Origin: a virus
Length of the DNA: 64,000 nt
Strand: one strand, 5' to 3'
IMG/VR virus record: IMGVR_UViG_3300047089_000307
Location: 64,001 to 128,000 of that record
The notes beneath the pieces are model-generated. The model worked only from the letters and a program-made list of their open reading frames with translations, searched no databases and had not been told where the DNA came from. Shown here piece by piece: positions 30,627-41,870 of the stretch; position 1 is the stretch's first letter, and each line of letters starts with the position of its first letter. The position numbers were made by a program, and so were the translations under genes.

Positions 30627-31601
30627 CTACCTGTACCGCCTCGCGCCGGACGATCCGGGGTACGCGGCCTGGAAGGCATCACGGCTGAGCACCGCGAGAA
30701 TCTCGTGGCACGACGATGACCGGGACATGAGGGCCTGGACGGAGGGGCACGGCCGCAGTGATGATGACGCCATCGCCATGGCCTGCGGGCGCCTGACCCT
30801 GCACCGCGAGCGAAAGGCAGCCTCATGACCGCCCGGCGCTGGCCCGGCTGGCGAACGACCTGCACGGCGCCGGCCACGAGGTCTACGTGGTAACCCCCAC
30901 CACGTCGCCAGCACCGGGCGCAGCTGCTTCCAGGTCTCGTCACTGGTGAACAGCCCCAGGAACTCGCACACGTCCCGGACCTCCTGCGGCACGCACGGCA
31001 CGACGCGGGCCGCCGCTGCCTGGTAACCGGGGTACTGGGGGAGAAGATCCCTGGTGAACAGCTCCATCGCGTCAATGGCGTCCTGCCGCTTGTCCTTGTC
31101 ACCGGGACGGCTTTCCAGGGACCGGGTGACCTGCCGCCACGTCAGCGCCTCGCGGGGCAGCCGCTCGCCAGTCTCGGCATCCATGAGCTGGCCGTCGAAC
31201 GGGAAGATCCCGGTGCGCAGCAGCTCGTGCCGGGATTCCCCCATGTCGTCACGCAGCTGGTCGGCGCTGTAGTCGATGCTGTCGTCAGTCCTGGACCAGT
31301 CCGGGTGGCAGAGCGGGCGCACCACGATGACGCTGGCCCGGCCGTGGTCAGAGGTCTCGTAGTCGTAGGAAGCGCACTCGGCAACGTCGTGCTCCAGCCA
31401 GTTCGCCTCGTGCCGGATGGTCAGCCAGTCCATGGACGGGAACGGCTTGCCCTCACCGGGCCCGTACCGCTCGTCCAGCCACCGCAGGTACGCGTGGCCG
31501 CTGTGGCAGCGGCCCTCGGCGAACTTCCAGTTAACCCGCTCGTCTTCTGGCGTGACCCCGGTCAGGGCGTACCCAAGGTGCTTCTGGATGCGGATTCCCA
31601 T
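30627..31601 (-). CDS. Hypothetical protein inserted in inverted orientation
   Basis: Has an RBS and MGIRIQKHLGY start; sequence after ...LATWWG looks like read-through into flanking DNA. Confidence 0.55.
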   Translation of the reverse strand: MGIRIQKHLGYALTGVTPEDERVNWKFAEGRCHSGHAYLRWLDERYGPGEGKPFPSMDWLTIRHEANWLEHDVAECASYDYETSDHGRASVIVVRPLCHPDWSRTDDSIDYSADQLRDDMGESRHELLRTGIFPFDGQLMDAETGERLPREALTWRQVTRSLESRPGDKDKRQDAIDAMELFTRDLLPQYPGYQAAAARVVPCVPQEVRDVCEFLGLFTSDETWKQLRPVLATWWGLPRRPRGRRRAGRSPAGPAPGGHEAAFRSRCRVRRPQAMAMASSSLRPCPSVQALMSRSSSCHEILAVLSRDAFQAAYPGSSGARRYR

Positions 31602-31671
31602 CAGTGGCCCTTCCGGGAGGCAACGGCAAGAACAGCTACCTTTATCATACTGTAAAAGACGAGGAGTTCCT

Positions 31672-32016
31672 GTGACTGCATACGGCTTTGACCTGGACGG
31701 GACGCTCGATCGCCCGGCGCTGGCCCGGCTGGCGAATGACCTGCACGACGTCGGCCATGAGGTCTACGTGGTAACCGGCGGCCTGGGCGATACAGGCGAG
31801 TGGACGCTGCCGGCCCGTGAGCGCACGCTGGCCGCGCTCGGCGTGCGCTACACGGCGATCATGCGCTGCATTGACCCGGACATCCGGCAGCTGGGCCTCC
31901 TGAAAGGCGAGCAGTGCGCCCGGCTGGGCATCGCCGTCATGGTCGATGACGACCGGCTCTACCTGGACGGCGTCGCCGCCGCGGCCAGTGACGTCGTGCG
32001 GCTGCTGGTGCTGTGA
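31672..32016 (+). CDS. HAD-superfamily hydrolase
   Basis: FDLDGTLD, VTG, K and MVDDD motifs. Confidence 0.75.
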   Translation: MTAYGFDLDGTLDRPALARLANDLHDVGHEVYVVTGGLGDTGEWTLPARERTLAALGVRYTAIMRCIDPDIRQLGLLKGEQCARLGIAVMVDDDRLYLDGVAAAASDVVRLLVL

Positions 32017-32351
32017 TGAGCGGCGTGAGCGGCGCGGACCTGTACCGGGAACTGGTCGGGCAGGCGTACGAGCGCCGCAGCGACTGGCGCAATGACCACC
32101 GGAGCCTGTACTGGGTGATGAGCCATGAGTGTCGCAATGTCATCATGCAACTGTGCTCACCGCAGGGATGGCCGGCCCTGGAGCTGTCGCGCACCGAGGG
32201 CCTGCGGGACATGCTGTTCGGCTACCCGGTCATCGCCGGGCCTGCCTACGGCCCGCCGCTGCTGACTGACGACCCGCTGGCAGCGGCGCAACGCGTGCAG
32301 CTGATCGCGCGGAACCTGACGCTAGCGGAACTGGCTAGTGAGCCGGGCTAG
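32013..32351 (+). CDS. Small protein with capsid-like WVM...LFGYPV segment and ARxLTL tag
   Basis: WVMSHEC..VIMQL...G.P...LFGYPV; ends ARNLTLAELASEPG. Confidence 0.55.
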   Translation: MMSGVSGADLYRELVGQAYERRSDWRNDHRSLYWVMSHECRNVIMQLCSPQGWPALELSRTEGLRDMLFGYPVIAGPAYGPPLLTDDPLAAAQRVQLIARNLTLAELASEPG

Positions 32352-32580
32352 CCCACGGTACGATGACTTATACTCTGCAAGACCGAGAAAGGGAGGTCAC
32401 GTGGATAGCAGGGTGACGATCTACGTGCCGCCGGAGCTAAGGGAGAAGCTCAGCTGGCTGCCCCCGCGCACCATCAGCCGGATCTGCCAGCAGGCACTGA
32501 GCGCCGAGGTGACCCGGCGGCTGACGCTGCGGGACGAGGCCGTCGAGGATGCTTTCGCCGAGGACTGAGAAAGGGACCTC

Positions 32581-32940
32581 ATGCCTGACGTCGTGACCGT
32601 GCGCAAGGACGAGCTGCTGGAGGTGCTGCGCAAGAACCGGGCCGCGCACCGGGAGGCGTTCCTGAAGGCGCAGGCAGGCTACCGGGCCCGCGCCATCGCA
32701 GAGCTGGACCGGTCCCTGGCGGACGCGCGGGCCGGCCGGGACATCCGGCTGATCGTCAGCCTGCCGGTGCCCGAGGACCACACGGAGGACTACGACCGGG
32801 AGATCCGGATGCTGGAGATGCACACCGGGAACACCGTCGAGCTGGAGTCCCGGCTGTTCGACCAGGTCGTGATGGACCGCTGGCGCTGGTCGTCCGCCTT
32901 TGAGACCACCAACTCCGCGTACCTGGGCAAGCCGCGGTGA
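32581..32940 (+). CDS. Conserved hypothetical phage protein
   Basis: V.K.ELL..L..NR..H...P.DHT.DYD..I.ML...V.D.W.W pattern; good RBS. Confidence 0.6.
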   Translation: MPDVVTVRKDELLEVLRKNRAAHREAFLKAQAGYRARAIAELDRSLADARAGRDIRLIVSLPVPEDHTEDYDREIRMLEMHTGNTVELESRLFDQVVMDRWRWSSAFETTNSAYLGKPR

Positions 32941-33223
32941 GCAGGCGGGCAGAGGTGAGGTGGCGGGCGCGGGACGTGAGCCGGACCATCGCGTTCACCA
33001 TCCGGCGCCGGCCAGCGCGGTACCTCGGCTGGATGGCCCTCCTCCTGACCGGGGAGGAGACATCGATAGCGGTGGCCTTCTTCAATCCCGTCGCGGCATG
33101 GGCAGCCGTGGCCTGCGCCGTCGCCGCCGCGATCCTGTTCTCGGCTGACAGTGCGCGGCTGCGGAAGAGAGCCCGGCAGCGGCCACTGGACGAGCTAGAC
33201 GAGCTGGGCAAGGAGTGGCCGCA

Positions 33224-34258
33224 GTGACCACGATCTCCTTCACCGCCTCCCGCTTTAACTTCGCCCCGCCGCCGTCCGTCGTGGCCAGCGTGCTGTCCGC
33301 CCGGGTGCCGCTCGCGGACCGCTACGTCACCGGGGCCTGCCAGGGCGGGGACGCCTGGATCGGCGCCTGGCTGTACGTGACCAGGCCGGCCGCTGAGCAC
33401 GTCGTGGTGGTCCCGTGTAACCGCCGTCAGGTCGACCCCTGGTGGACGCGCACCGGGAGCCTGCCGCTGGTGACCGTCATCGACATGCCCCCGGGCACCA
33501 ACTACGCCGACCGGAACCGGGAGCTAGTGGCCAGGGCTGACCAGGTCTTCGGCTTCCCGGCATTCCCGGAGGAGGACCCGCGGTCGCAGCGCAGCGGCAC
33601 CTGGCAGACGATCCGGATGGCCCGCGACGCCGGGAAGCTGAGGCTGTGGCAGTGCGTCACGCCGCCGTACCGGGGGCAGGTTGAGGCCCTGACGGGGGAG
33701 CCGGACCTCGCGGCGCCGGCCACCGTCTCCTATCGCGAGGAGCTCGCGCGGTTCATGACCGCGGAGGGCGAGGAGAAGATCCGGATGCTCTTCGCGGAGC
33801 CGGATGAGCACCAGCCGTGGTGCGGAGACGCGTCGCTGAGCCGGCCGGACGATGAGTGCACTTGCGACGTCACCCCGGAGATGCAGTACGCGCAGCGCGG
33901 CCAGTCCGAGGCGGAGCAGGCCCGGCGCGGGGATGACGGACTCACGGACGAGGAGCGCGCTGAGTACGCCCGGCGCTTCTGGGCGGTGGCCAATGCCCCA
34001 GTCTCGCCCGAGATGCGGGCAGCCACGCGCCGTCGCCTTGACTCCGCGGCCATCGGCGAGTCCCGGCACCAGGCCCGGCGCGGGGATGACGTCGAGGCAT
34101 GGCTGAGGGGCTGGCGGGACCTGCTCGGCGGCGACCCCTGGCACGCCGTGAACGGGCTGCTGGATGATTACCGCAAGCGGGCCGATCTCGGGATTGCCCT
34201 CGATGACGATAGCGAAGCAGGGCACGCCGCTGGGCACGGAGCCGGCGAGGATGAATGA
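33224..34258 (+). CDS. SLOG (DprA/YspA-like) domain protein with C-terminal extension
   Basis: FTASR, TGACQGGD, Y.DRN..LV and SGTWQTIRMA. Confidence 0.6.
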   Translation: MTTISFTASRFNFAPPPSVVASVLSARVPLADRYVTGACQGGDAWIGAWLYVTRPAAEHVVVVPCNRRQVDPWWTRTGSLPLVTVIDMPPGTNYADRNRELVARADQVFGFPAFPEEDPRSQRSGTWQTIRMARDAGKLRLWQCVTPPYRGQVEALTGEPDLAAPATVSYREELARFMTAEGEEKIRMLFAEPDEHQPWCGDASLSRPDDECTCDVTPEMQYAQRGQSEAEQARRGDDGLTDEERAEYARRFWAVANAPVSPEMRAATRRRLDSAAIGESRHQARRGDDVEAWLRGWRDLLGGDPWHAVNGLLDDYRKRADLGIALDDDSEAGHAAGHGAGEDE

Positions 34259-34601
34259 CCCGTCGCAGGTGAGCTACCAGGACCTGTGGGCGTACCTGGT
34301 CGATGAGTACTACCGGTTCCGGCTCCTGGACGCCCCTCGCCGCGGGCCCTGGGCCTGTCACCTGTGGTGGGTAATGCACCCGCGCTGGCTGCACCCGTGC
34401 CTGAACGCAGAAGTAATGAACATGAGCTACCGCATGTACCAGGAACAGCGCAAGAGCCCGGAATGGCTGCTGACCGGCATCCCGGTCCTGGAAGGCATGA
34501 AGTTCGGGGAGCCGAAGCTGACGCGGGACCCGGCCAGCCTCAGCAAGGGGCCGTACCTGCACGCCCGGCCGCTGACGCTGCGGGAGCTGATGAGCCGGTG
34601 A
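34251..34601 (+). CDS. Small protein with capsid-like WVMHP...LTGIPV segment and ARPLTL tag
   Basis: Ends LHARPLTLRELMSR. Confidence 0.55.
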   Translation: MNDPSQVSYQDLWAYLVDEYYRFRLLDAPRRGPWACHLWWVMHPRWLHPCLNAEVMNMSYRMYQEQRKSPEWLLTGIPVLEGMKFGEPKLTRDPASLSKGPYLHARPLTLRELMSR

Positions 34602-35164
34602 CCACGGTAGCGATTGACTTTGACGGAGTTATTCACCGGTACTCACGCGGCTGGCAGGACGGGTCCATCTACGACTTGCCGTTCGACGGGGCGCTGGACG
34701 GGCTACGGCAGCTGATGAGCAGGCACGCGGTCTTCATCTTCACGTCCCGGAACACCGCGCAGGTCGCAGGCTGGCTTCATGACCACGGGTTCAAGGTCAG
34801 CACCGATGACTCGGCCTTCCGGCATGACCGCGACTGGGACGGCGTGTTCTGGGAAACCCGGGGCGTGCTGCTCGTCACTAACCGGAAGCTGGGCGCCTCC
34901 GCTTACCTCGATGACAGGGCCGTCAGGTTCACTAGCTGGAAGCAGGCGCTCGCCGACCTGGGGACGGGAACTGGTCCGGAACCGGACGCCGCCGAGGCGC
35001 TGGCGCGGGAGATCCTTGAGGCGGCATGCCAGCGGGACGGCCTCTCGCTGGAGTCGGACGCGGACCCGGGGAAGCCTGCCCGCAACTACGAGCTGGCGCT
35101 GCGCCTGGGCATCGGGCACGTGTTCGGGCTAGGCCCTGCGCGCGGCGATGAGGTGGAACGATGA
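34598..35164 (+). CDS. HAD-superfamily phosphatase / nucleotidase
   Basis: AIDFDGVIH, FTSR and K..A.AYLDDRA. Confidence 0.8.
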   Translation: MTTVAIDFDGVIHRYSRGWQDGSIYDLPFDGALDGLRQLMSRHAVFIFTSRNTAQVAGWLHDHGFKVSTDDSAFRHDRDWDGVFWETRGVLLVTNRKLGASAYLDDRAVRFTSWKQALADLGTGTGPEPDAAEALAREILEAACQRDGLSLESDADPGKPARNYELALRLGIGHVFGLGPARGDEVER

Positions 35165-36352
35165 CCGCCTGGCTAAGCCCCGGAGGGGAAGACCGCAACG
35201 GGCAGGATCACCCGTGGCACGGCGCGCTGGACGTTGACGAGAGCGCGGTCGACATGCTGGTGATCGTCTTCGCCGAGTGCCGGGAGCTGGGCATCGCGAT
35301 CTCCGGCTTCATGCCGCTGGACACGCCGGCCCACCAGCGCGCGGCCGTCATGCACCTGTCCCGGCTGGTCCTGCGGGAGAAGAGGGAGCGCGGGCTATGA
35401 GCGAGACGGCCCCGAAGGTCAGCTTCACCGTCACCACGTACTGGAAGCGCCCCCGCGGCCAGCCGGGGCTAACGCGGATGGGCAGCCGGCGGCTGACGCT
35501 CAGCGAGGCCCTGGACTGGGTGCTCGCCGAGCTGCCGGCCGACGCGGTCACCCTGGCGCACGACCTGGATGACGGCCGGAACGTGGTGACCGTCACCATC
35601 GACTGGGGCAAGGTACCGATGGAGGCCAGGGACGGTGCCCGGTGAGCAAGCCCGGTGCCCGGTACGAGATCACCGCGATCCGGCGCGTCCGCTGCCCGCT
35701 GTGCGGGTCGGCGGCCGGGCAGTGGTGCACGAGCCGCAGCGCCAGCGACCCGGTTCCGATCGCGCACCCGCACCCGGAACGGATCGCAGCGGTGCTCGCG
35801 GCCAGGAAGGCGAGGAGGCAGGAGCCATCATGACCGAGTGCGGGGTACCAGGCTGCGCAAGCCACCCGGAGCCGCTGCTGACCGCGGCCGAGCGTAACCT
35901 CATCCGGGCGCTCGGCCTGGCCTACCGGCAATTCGAGGAGCTGGCCGGCCATTCCCCGCTGACGCGCGACGATGACCTGGCCGAAGTCCGGCTGCACGTT
36001 CACGCACTTCAGCGGATGATCATGGCGCAGGCCGCGGCGCGGGCGTTCCCGGGTGAGCTGCGGGCACTGGGGCTAACCGTCACTGACGGCGCGCTGGCCA
36101 ACCGGGAAGGCAGTGACCCGGGACATGAAGACCGGGCAGTACGCGGCCGGGAAGTCCAGGAGGATGGCAGGCAATGAGCAGCCTGGCTGACCTGAGCACG
36201 ATCATGGCCAGCTGCTTCACGGAGTGGCTGGAATACGAGCACGCCTGGCATGCCCTGAACGACGATGAGATGGCGATCATGACCAGGGCTTTCGGCGCGG
36301 GCTTCCTCTACGGCGGGCTGCTGCTGACGCGCGAAGAGACCGGGGAGCTGCC

Positions 36353-37111
36353 GTGAACACGCCGCTGGCCTGGGACGCCGCGCTCGGCCGGCCGCTGCTG
36401 CTCGATGCCTACTGCGGGGCTGGCGGCATAGCCTGGGGGTACTGGCTGGCCGGCTTCGCCGTCATCGGCATCGATCACCAGCCGCAGCCGCACTACCCGT
36501 TCCCGTTCTTCCAGGGCGACGCCGTCAAGGCGCTGGGCGACCTGATCGCCGGGAAGCCACTGTCCTTCACCTACCAGCCCACGGGCAGCGTCGTGCCGTA
36601 CCGGCTGAAGGACGTCGCCGCGATCCACGCCAGCTGCCCTTGCCAGTTCGCCACCGTATACGGGAACAACAAGGCGCACGTGAAGCAGGATCACCCGAAC
36701 CTGATTCCGCCAACCCGCGAGCTGCTGGCGGCCACCGGGCTGCCGTACGTGATCGAGAACGTCTACGGCGCGCGGGCGCACCTGAAGGACCCGGTCATGC
36801 TGTGCGGCACGTCGTTCGGCATCGAGGTACGGCGGCACCGGCTGTTCGAGTCGACGGTGACGATCCCCTCGGTTCCCTGTGACCACGGCCGGTTCACGGC
36901 ACGCAAGTACCCGGGCAGCTCCAACCGGCCGAACGGGCGCACCGTGTGCAACATCGGCGAGTACCGCGTCCCGCTGGCGGTCCAGCAGGCCGCGATCGGG
37001 ATCAGCTGGATGAACCTGGCGGAGATCGCGCAGGCGATTCCCCCGTGCTACACCGAGTTCATCGGCATGTTCCTGATGAACGACCTGATCCTGAAAGGGC
37101 GTGAGCCATGA
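36353..37111 (+). CDS. C5-cytosine DNA methyltransferase-like protein
   Basis: LDAYCGAGG (motif I), HASCPCQ (catalytic PC), IENV, RHRLFE and AIPP.YT. Confidence 0.8.
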   Translation: MNTPLAWDAALGRPLLLDAYCGAGGIAWGYWLAGFAVIGIDHQPQPHYPFPFFQGDAVKALGDLIAGKPLSFTYQPTGSVVPYRLKDVAAIHASCPCQFATVYGNNKAHVKQDHPNLIPPTRELLAATGLPYVIENVYGARAHLKDPVMLCGTSFGIEVRRHRLFESTVTIPSVPCDHGRFTARKYPGSSNRPNGRTVCNIGEYRVPLAVQQAAIGISWMNLAEIAQAIPPCYTEFIGMFLMNDLILKGREP

Positions 37112-40100
37112 TCGTCCGCTTCACCGGGCTCTGCGCGCCGTGCGCCGTGGGGGAAAGGTAAGGCATTGACCGAGCGGGATGCCATGGAAAGGGCCATGAT
37201 CGCCGTGCGCACGATCCTCGCGCAGTCCAAGGACCCGCGCACCACGCTAGGCCGGATGGGACCTTCCTCCGTGGCCTTCCATGCGGCCTGGGCCGCAGTT
37301 GACACGTACCGCAAGGCCCTGGAGGAAACATGAGTCACTACCTGTCCACCGCGTGCTATCACGAGCACCTGGCCAGCGACCCGGCACTGCACGACGCCTG
37401 CCGCCTGGCCTGCAAGTTCTGCGATGCGCCGTGCAGCTGCCCGCAGCACCCGCAGGAGAGCGGCAGCCCGCGCGCCGTCAGCGGGATCGACCAGGCCCGG
37501 GACATCGCCCGCGAGCTGCTGAGCTTGCTGGAGGAAGCCGGCGGGGTGCCGTACAAGCTCCACGAGCGGCTGAGCGATGACCCGCGGCTGTTCTGGCTGA
37601 GCGGGGGAGAGGCGCCGCCCGGGACGTGGAAGCAGGGGGAGGAGCAGCGGTAATGGCTGACTGCACGGCCTGGAAGGAAACCACCACCCGGCAGGTCTTC
37701 GAGCTGAGCATGCCGTCGAACGCCATCGAGCTGTCGAAGATGATCAGCTGGGCGTGCTCAGCGTATCGATCGGCGCACGGCAAGGAGCCGGCTGACGACG
37801 CGATCACCGTCACGGTCACCGATGACGCGATCATGCTGGGCTACGTGCTGGAGAAGGGCCGGCTGCAATGAGGGCGCTGCGGTGGCTGGCCTGGCTGGCG
37901 GACGAGATCCTGGACCGCGTGCCCGCCGTCGAGGACGGCCGCGTTTACTGGTACGGCGGCTGGGGCTGCCGCCTGCGGATGTCCCGGTTCTGGGACGAGG
38001 GGGATAAGCCGTGAGCGCGGGCTTCTGCCAGCACACCGGGGACTGCTGGGATGACCCGGACTGCGCGCTGCACGGCTCGGGCCTGTGCCCGGCACTGGTC
38101 GCCATCCCCGCGCAGGCCCGTGAGCGCATCCTGCGCCAGCACCGGGAGCTAGGGCAGCTCACGGCGCGGGACGAGGCGCTGGAGGGCGACGAATTGCGCA
38201 AGGTGCGGATGCGCCCCGTGAACGAAGCCGAGGACGACTGGTGAGCGCCGCCACGCCGCGCTCATTCTGGCTCGCCGTGCTCACCCGGGTGCTGGACCGC
38301 GCAGCTGACAGCGCGGAAGAGCGCGCACGCAGGTTATACTGCGAGAGACTTAGAAGGAGGACGGTGATGATGACTGCGCACCGCGGATGCCGTAGTTGCG
38401 GGAACGTCCGAACATGCACGTGCTCCGCCACGTGCGACTGCCGTTGCATCGATTGCCACTGCCATGCCTGATATCCCCATCCGGGCACGGTGCAGTGGCA
38501 TGTGCGCCCTGCACTGCGCCGGCCACGAGTACCAGGCAGAGCTCAGCTCGAAGGACGCGGACCGGCTGCTGGAGTGGCTGCGCAACGGCGACGCGGGGAC
38601 GTTCACCCCGCACTCGCCCAGCCGGCTGTTCATTGACGCCACCGGCAACGGCGGCCTCGTCATCAGGATGGCGCCGTGACCGGCGCAGTGAGCGGGCCGG
38701 CTCCCCGCAGGCCGGTGGTCCCCGGCTCCGGGCAGGCCGGCGAGCCGCGTGACCTCGCGCGCTGCCAGGCCCCGGACGGCACCGGGCACGCTTGCCGGGC
38801 ACGGGCGTCCTGGCGGGTCAGCATCGGCAGCCGCCGCAGCGACGCGCAGCTGGCCTGCGGCCGGCACCTGAACATGGCCGCCCTGGCGATGCTCGGCGCG
38901 GAGGGGCGCGCCAGCGCCGTGCTCGCCGTCACGCCCGTGGCCGGCCTGCGCGCCCTGGCGGGGCTGAGTGAGTACCTGAGCCCGGCGGAGATCCGGCAGG
39001 GGGCGCGGCCATGACCAGCGGGGGGAAGCTGCCCGAGGCCCGGCTGCTGCTGCGCATCAGGTACCGGGGGCCGTGGGAGCGGCTGGAGGGCTTCTTCTAC
39101 GGCGTCCGCGCGGACAATACCCTGCGCTTCAAGATCAGCGAGACCCCCCGCGGCTGGCGACGGGCGGCTGCCGCGCTCGGTGACTACTGCGACCGCCGGG
39201 ACAGCGCCTGGCATGACCGCCATGCACGGGGCGGTACCCGCCCGCATCGCGCCTGGAAGAGGAGAGGGCCGTGATCACGGGCGAGGAGCGGGCCGTCGCC
39301 CGCAGGCTGTGGCCGGATGACGAGGAGACGGACTTCACCGTGGCCGTCGTCCCGGGCGACCCGGCCTGGATACGGCTGTCGTGCTCCGTGCACGGCCCCG
39401 TCATCGCTGCCGTCACCTGGGACCTGGGCGAGCTGCTCGTCGCCGCCGAGCGGCACTACGTCACCCGGCACCTGCGCCCGAACCGGGCTGCCCGCCCTGG
39501 CGAGTGCTCCTTCTGCTCGGGCGGGATGGCGGACTACTGCACCTGCCCGCCGGAGGAGGCACCGTGATCAGCTTCAGTGACACTGGCCGCGCCATGACCC
39601 TCATCGCCAGCATCAGCGCAGCCAAGGAGACGCACCCGGGCTTCTGGCCGATGCTGGTCACGCGGATCGTCACTGACCTGGACATCGCCGGCGATGAAGC
39701 GGCCGTGGCGATGATCGTGAGGCTGCTCGCCCTGCTGCGGGGCCAGCTGGAGGACAGGGTCACGGTGCCCGCCAGCGCCCAGGACGTCAAGGTCCGCGTG
39801 AACCGCCTGCGCAGGATGGCCAGGCGGCAGGGCCTGCGGCTCGTCAAGTCGCGGCTCCGGGACCCGCTCGCGCCCGGCTTCGGCCGTTACCAGGTGGTGA
39901 CGGCACAGGGGGAGGAGCCAGAGCGCTTCACCTCGCCCGGGGGATGGGGCCTGACGCTCAGTGAGGCTGAGCGGCGCCTCACGGAGACCGCCGCGGCAGC
40001 GCGCACGACCTTCCGCTGGCAAGGCGAGTGCCCGAACTGCGGGGACCCCGCCGCTGAGGACCTGTGCGCCCGGTGCCAGGCCCTCATGCAGTCCCCGGCC

Positions 40101-40401
40101 ATGCGGCAGCTGCTGGCGACCCTGGCGAGCAGGGAGCAGCCGTGATCACCGACAAGCGCTGCTGGTGGTGCGGGAAGCTCTTCAAGGGCATCGACACCGA
40201 CGTCCCCGTGGGCGCAGGCTACCTATGGGACACCGACGTGAGCATCCTGTGCGACGGCGACGGCTCGCAGGACTGCGAGCGCAGGGTAAAGCGACCCTGA
40301 GAAAAGAAAAAGAAAAAGGAGAAGCACATGATGGGACAGAGCTCCTCCCACGGGGCCTCGTACTCCAACGGCCCGCTGGCAGCCGGCCAGGCCAAGCGGG
40401 A

Positions 40402-40560
40402 TGCCGGATGGGATATCCGCCCCGTCCGGCACTGGGACTTCACCGAGCCCCAGACGCTGGCCTGACCGTTAGGAAGGGTCCCAGTGCCGGACGGGATATC
40501 AGCCCGCCCGGCACGGGGACTTCACCGAGCCCAGACGCTGGCCCGACCGTCAGAAAGGCA
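40402..40560 (+). repeat. Two ~75 bp direct repeats, each with an internal hairpin
   Basis: TGCCGGAYGGGATATC...CCCGYCCGGCAC.GGGACTTCACCGAGCCC..GACGCTGGCC at 40402 and 40485. Confidence 0.75.
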
Positions 40561-40563
40561 CGC

Positions 40564-41280
40564 ATGTACCACGGAACATCCCTTACCAGCCCGGAGCGCA
40601 CGATCACCGCAGAGGTGATCTGCGCCGGGCGCCGGCTGCCCTTCTACCAGCGCCCGGCAGACGGCTACCCCTACATTCCCGGAACCGCCGGGGCCAGCTA
40701 CCTGATCGCGGTGCGGAACCTGGGCACCCGGCGCATCGAGGTGCTCGCCGCCGTGGACGGCATGAGCCTGATCACCGAGGAGGAGGCGTCCCTGGAGCGC
40801 AGCCAGGGCCTGGTCATCCCCGCGCACGGGGAGTACCGGTTCGCCGGCTTCCGCACCGGGGACGACTCCTCCCGGGAGCTGGTCTTCGGGGACCCGGCCG
40901 GGTCGGTCGCGGAGCAGGCCACCGGGTCCGCGGCAGGCTGCGGCGTGATCGGCATCGCCGCCTGGGTAGAACAGCACGCGCCCGCCTGGACCGCCGCCGC
41001 GGGAGGAGCAGCGCCCCCGGTCAGCGGCTTCGAGACCCGCGGCGGCACCCGGGGCATGACCCCGAACGCCTCCCGGGGGCTGGGCACGCACGCCGGAGCC
41101 GAGCGCCACGACCCGGTGGGCCGCACCTCGTTCACCCGCGCGCACGGGAGGCCGGACGTGCTGGTCATCGGCTACAAGGAGCTGGCGGAGCTGGAGGCGA
41201 TGGGGATCACCGGCCCGGCCGACCCGGAGCCGTTCCCCGGTGACGTGAAGGCGGCCGGGTACCGCCGGTACGCGCCGTGA
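40564..41280 (+). CDS. Conserved hypothetical protein
   Basis: Y.I.VRN...RRIEVL.AVDG...GFR...G.IG.A...GLGT.AG...SF.R; AGAAAGG RBS. Confidence 0.6.
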   Translation: MYHGTSLTSPERTITAEVICAGRRLPFYQRPADGYPYIPGTAGASYLIAVRNLGTRRIEVLAAVDGMSLITEEEASLERSQGLVIPAHGEYRFAGFRTGDDSSRELVFGDPAGSVAEQATGSAAGCGVIGIAAWVEQHAPAWTAAAGGAAPPVSGFETRGGTRGMTPNASRGLGTHAGAERHDPVGRTSFTRAHGRPDVLVIGYKELAELEAMGITGPADPEPFPGDVKAAGYRRYAP

Positions 41281-41870
41281 CAAGGCAGTTCACCATCGTG
41301 CTGACCAGCGCTGACGGGCAGGTTAACTCGCGGTTCGAGTGCGAGGCGCAGACCCCGCAGGCTGCGCTGACGGCTTTCGCCGGCGCGGGACCGAGGACGT
41401 GGCTGTACGGCCTGACCGCTGACGAATGGCTGCACCTGGCCAGCGAGGGCGAGGACAGCGAGGTGCAGCCCTGCTGCGGTAACGTCGGCGAACTGCGCGA
41501 CCTGCTGCGCGCCCTGGCCACGTTCCAGTCCCGGGATGACACGGGGTGGCAGCTCAGTATCGGCCGCCACATCCTGGAGAACCTGGACGGCGACGGGGAC
41601 GGGCACGGCCTGGGCGACGCCGCCGCGTTCCCGCTGCTGCACCGGGTGCTGGACGGCATCCGGGCGCAGCAGGCCGGCCAGGGCCCGGGCGAGGAGTCGT
41701 CCCACCGGGGGGCAGGTGACCGGCCCTGATCATCTTCGGCAAGTGCACCGCGTGCGAGGGCACCGGGGACCACAACGCCTGCGGCGGGGACGGTTGCCGG
41801 AACTGCGACTGGACGGGCACGTGCAGCGCCTGCGGCGGCCGGGGAACGAAATGACGGGGGTGGCCGCCCT

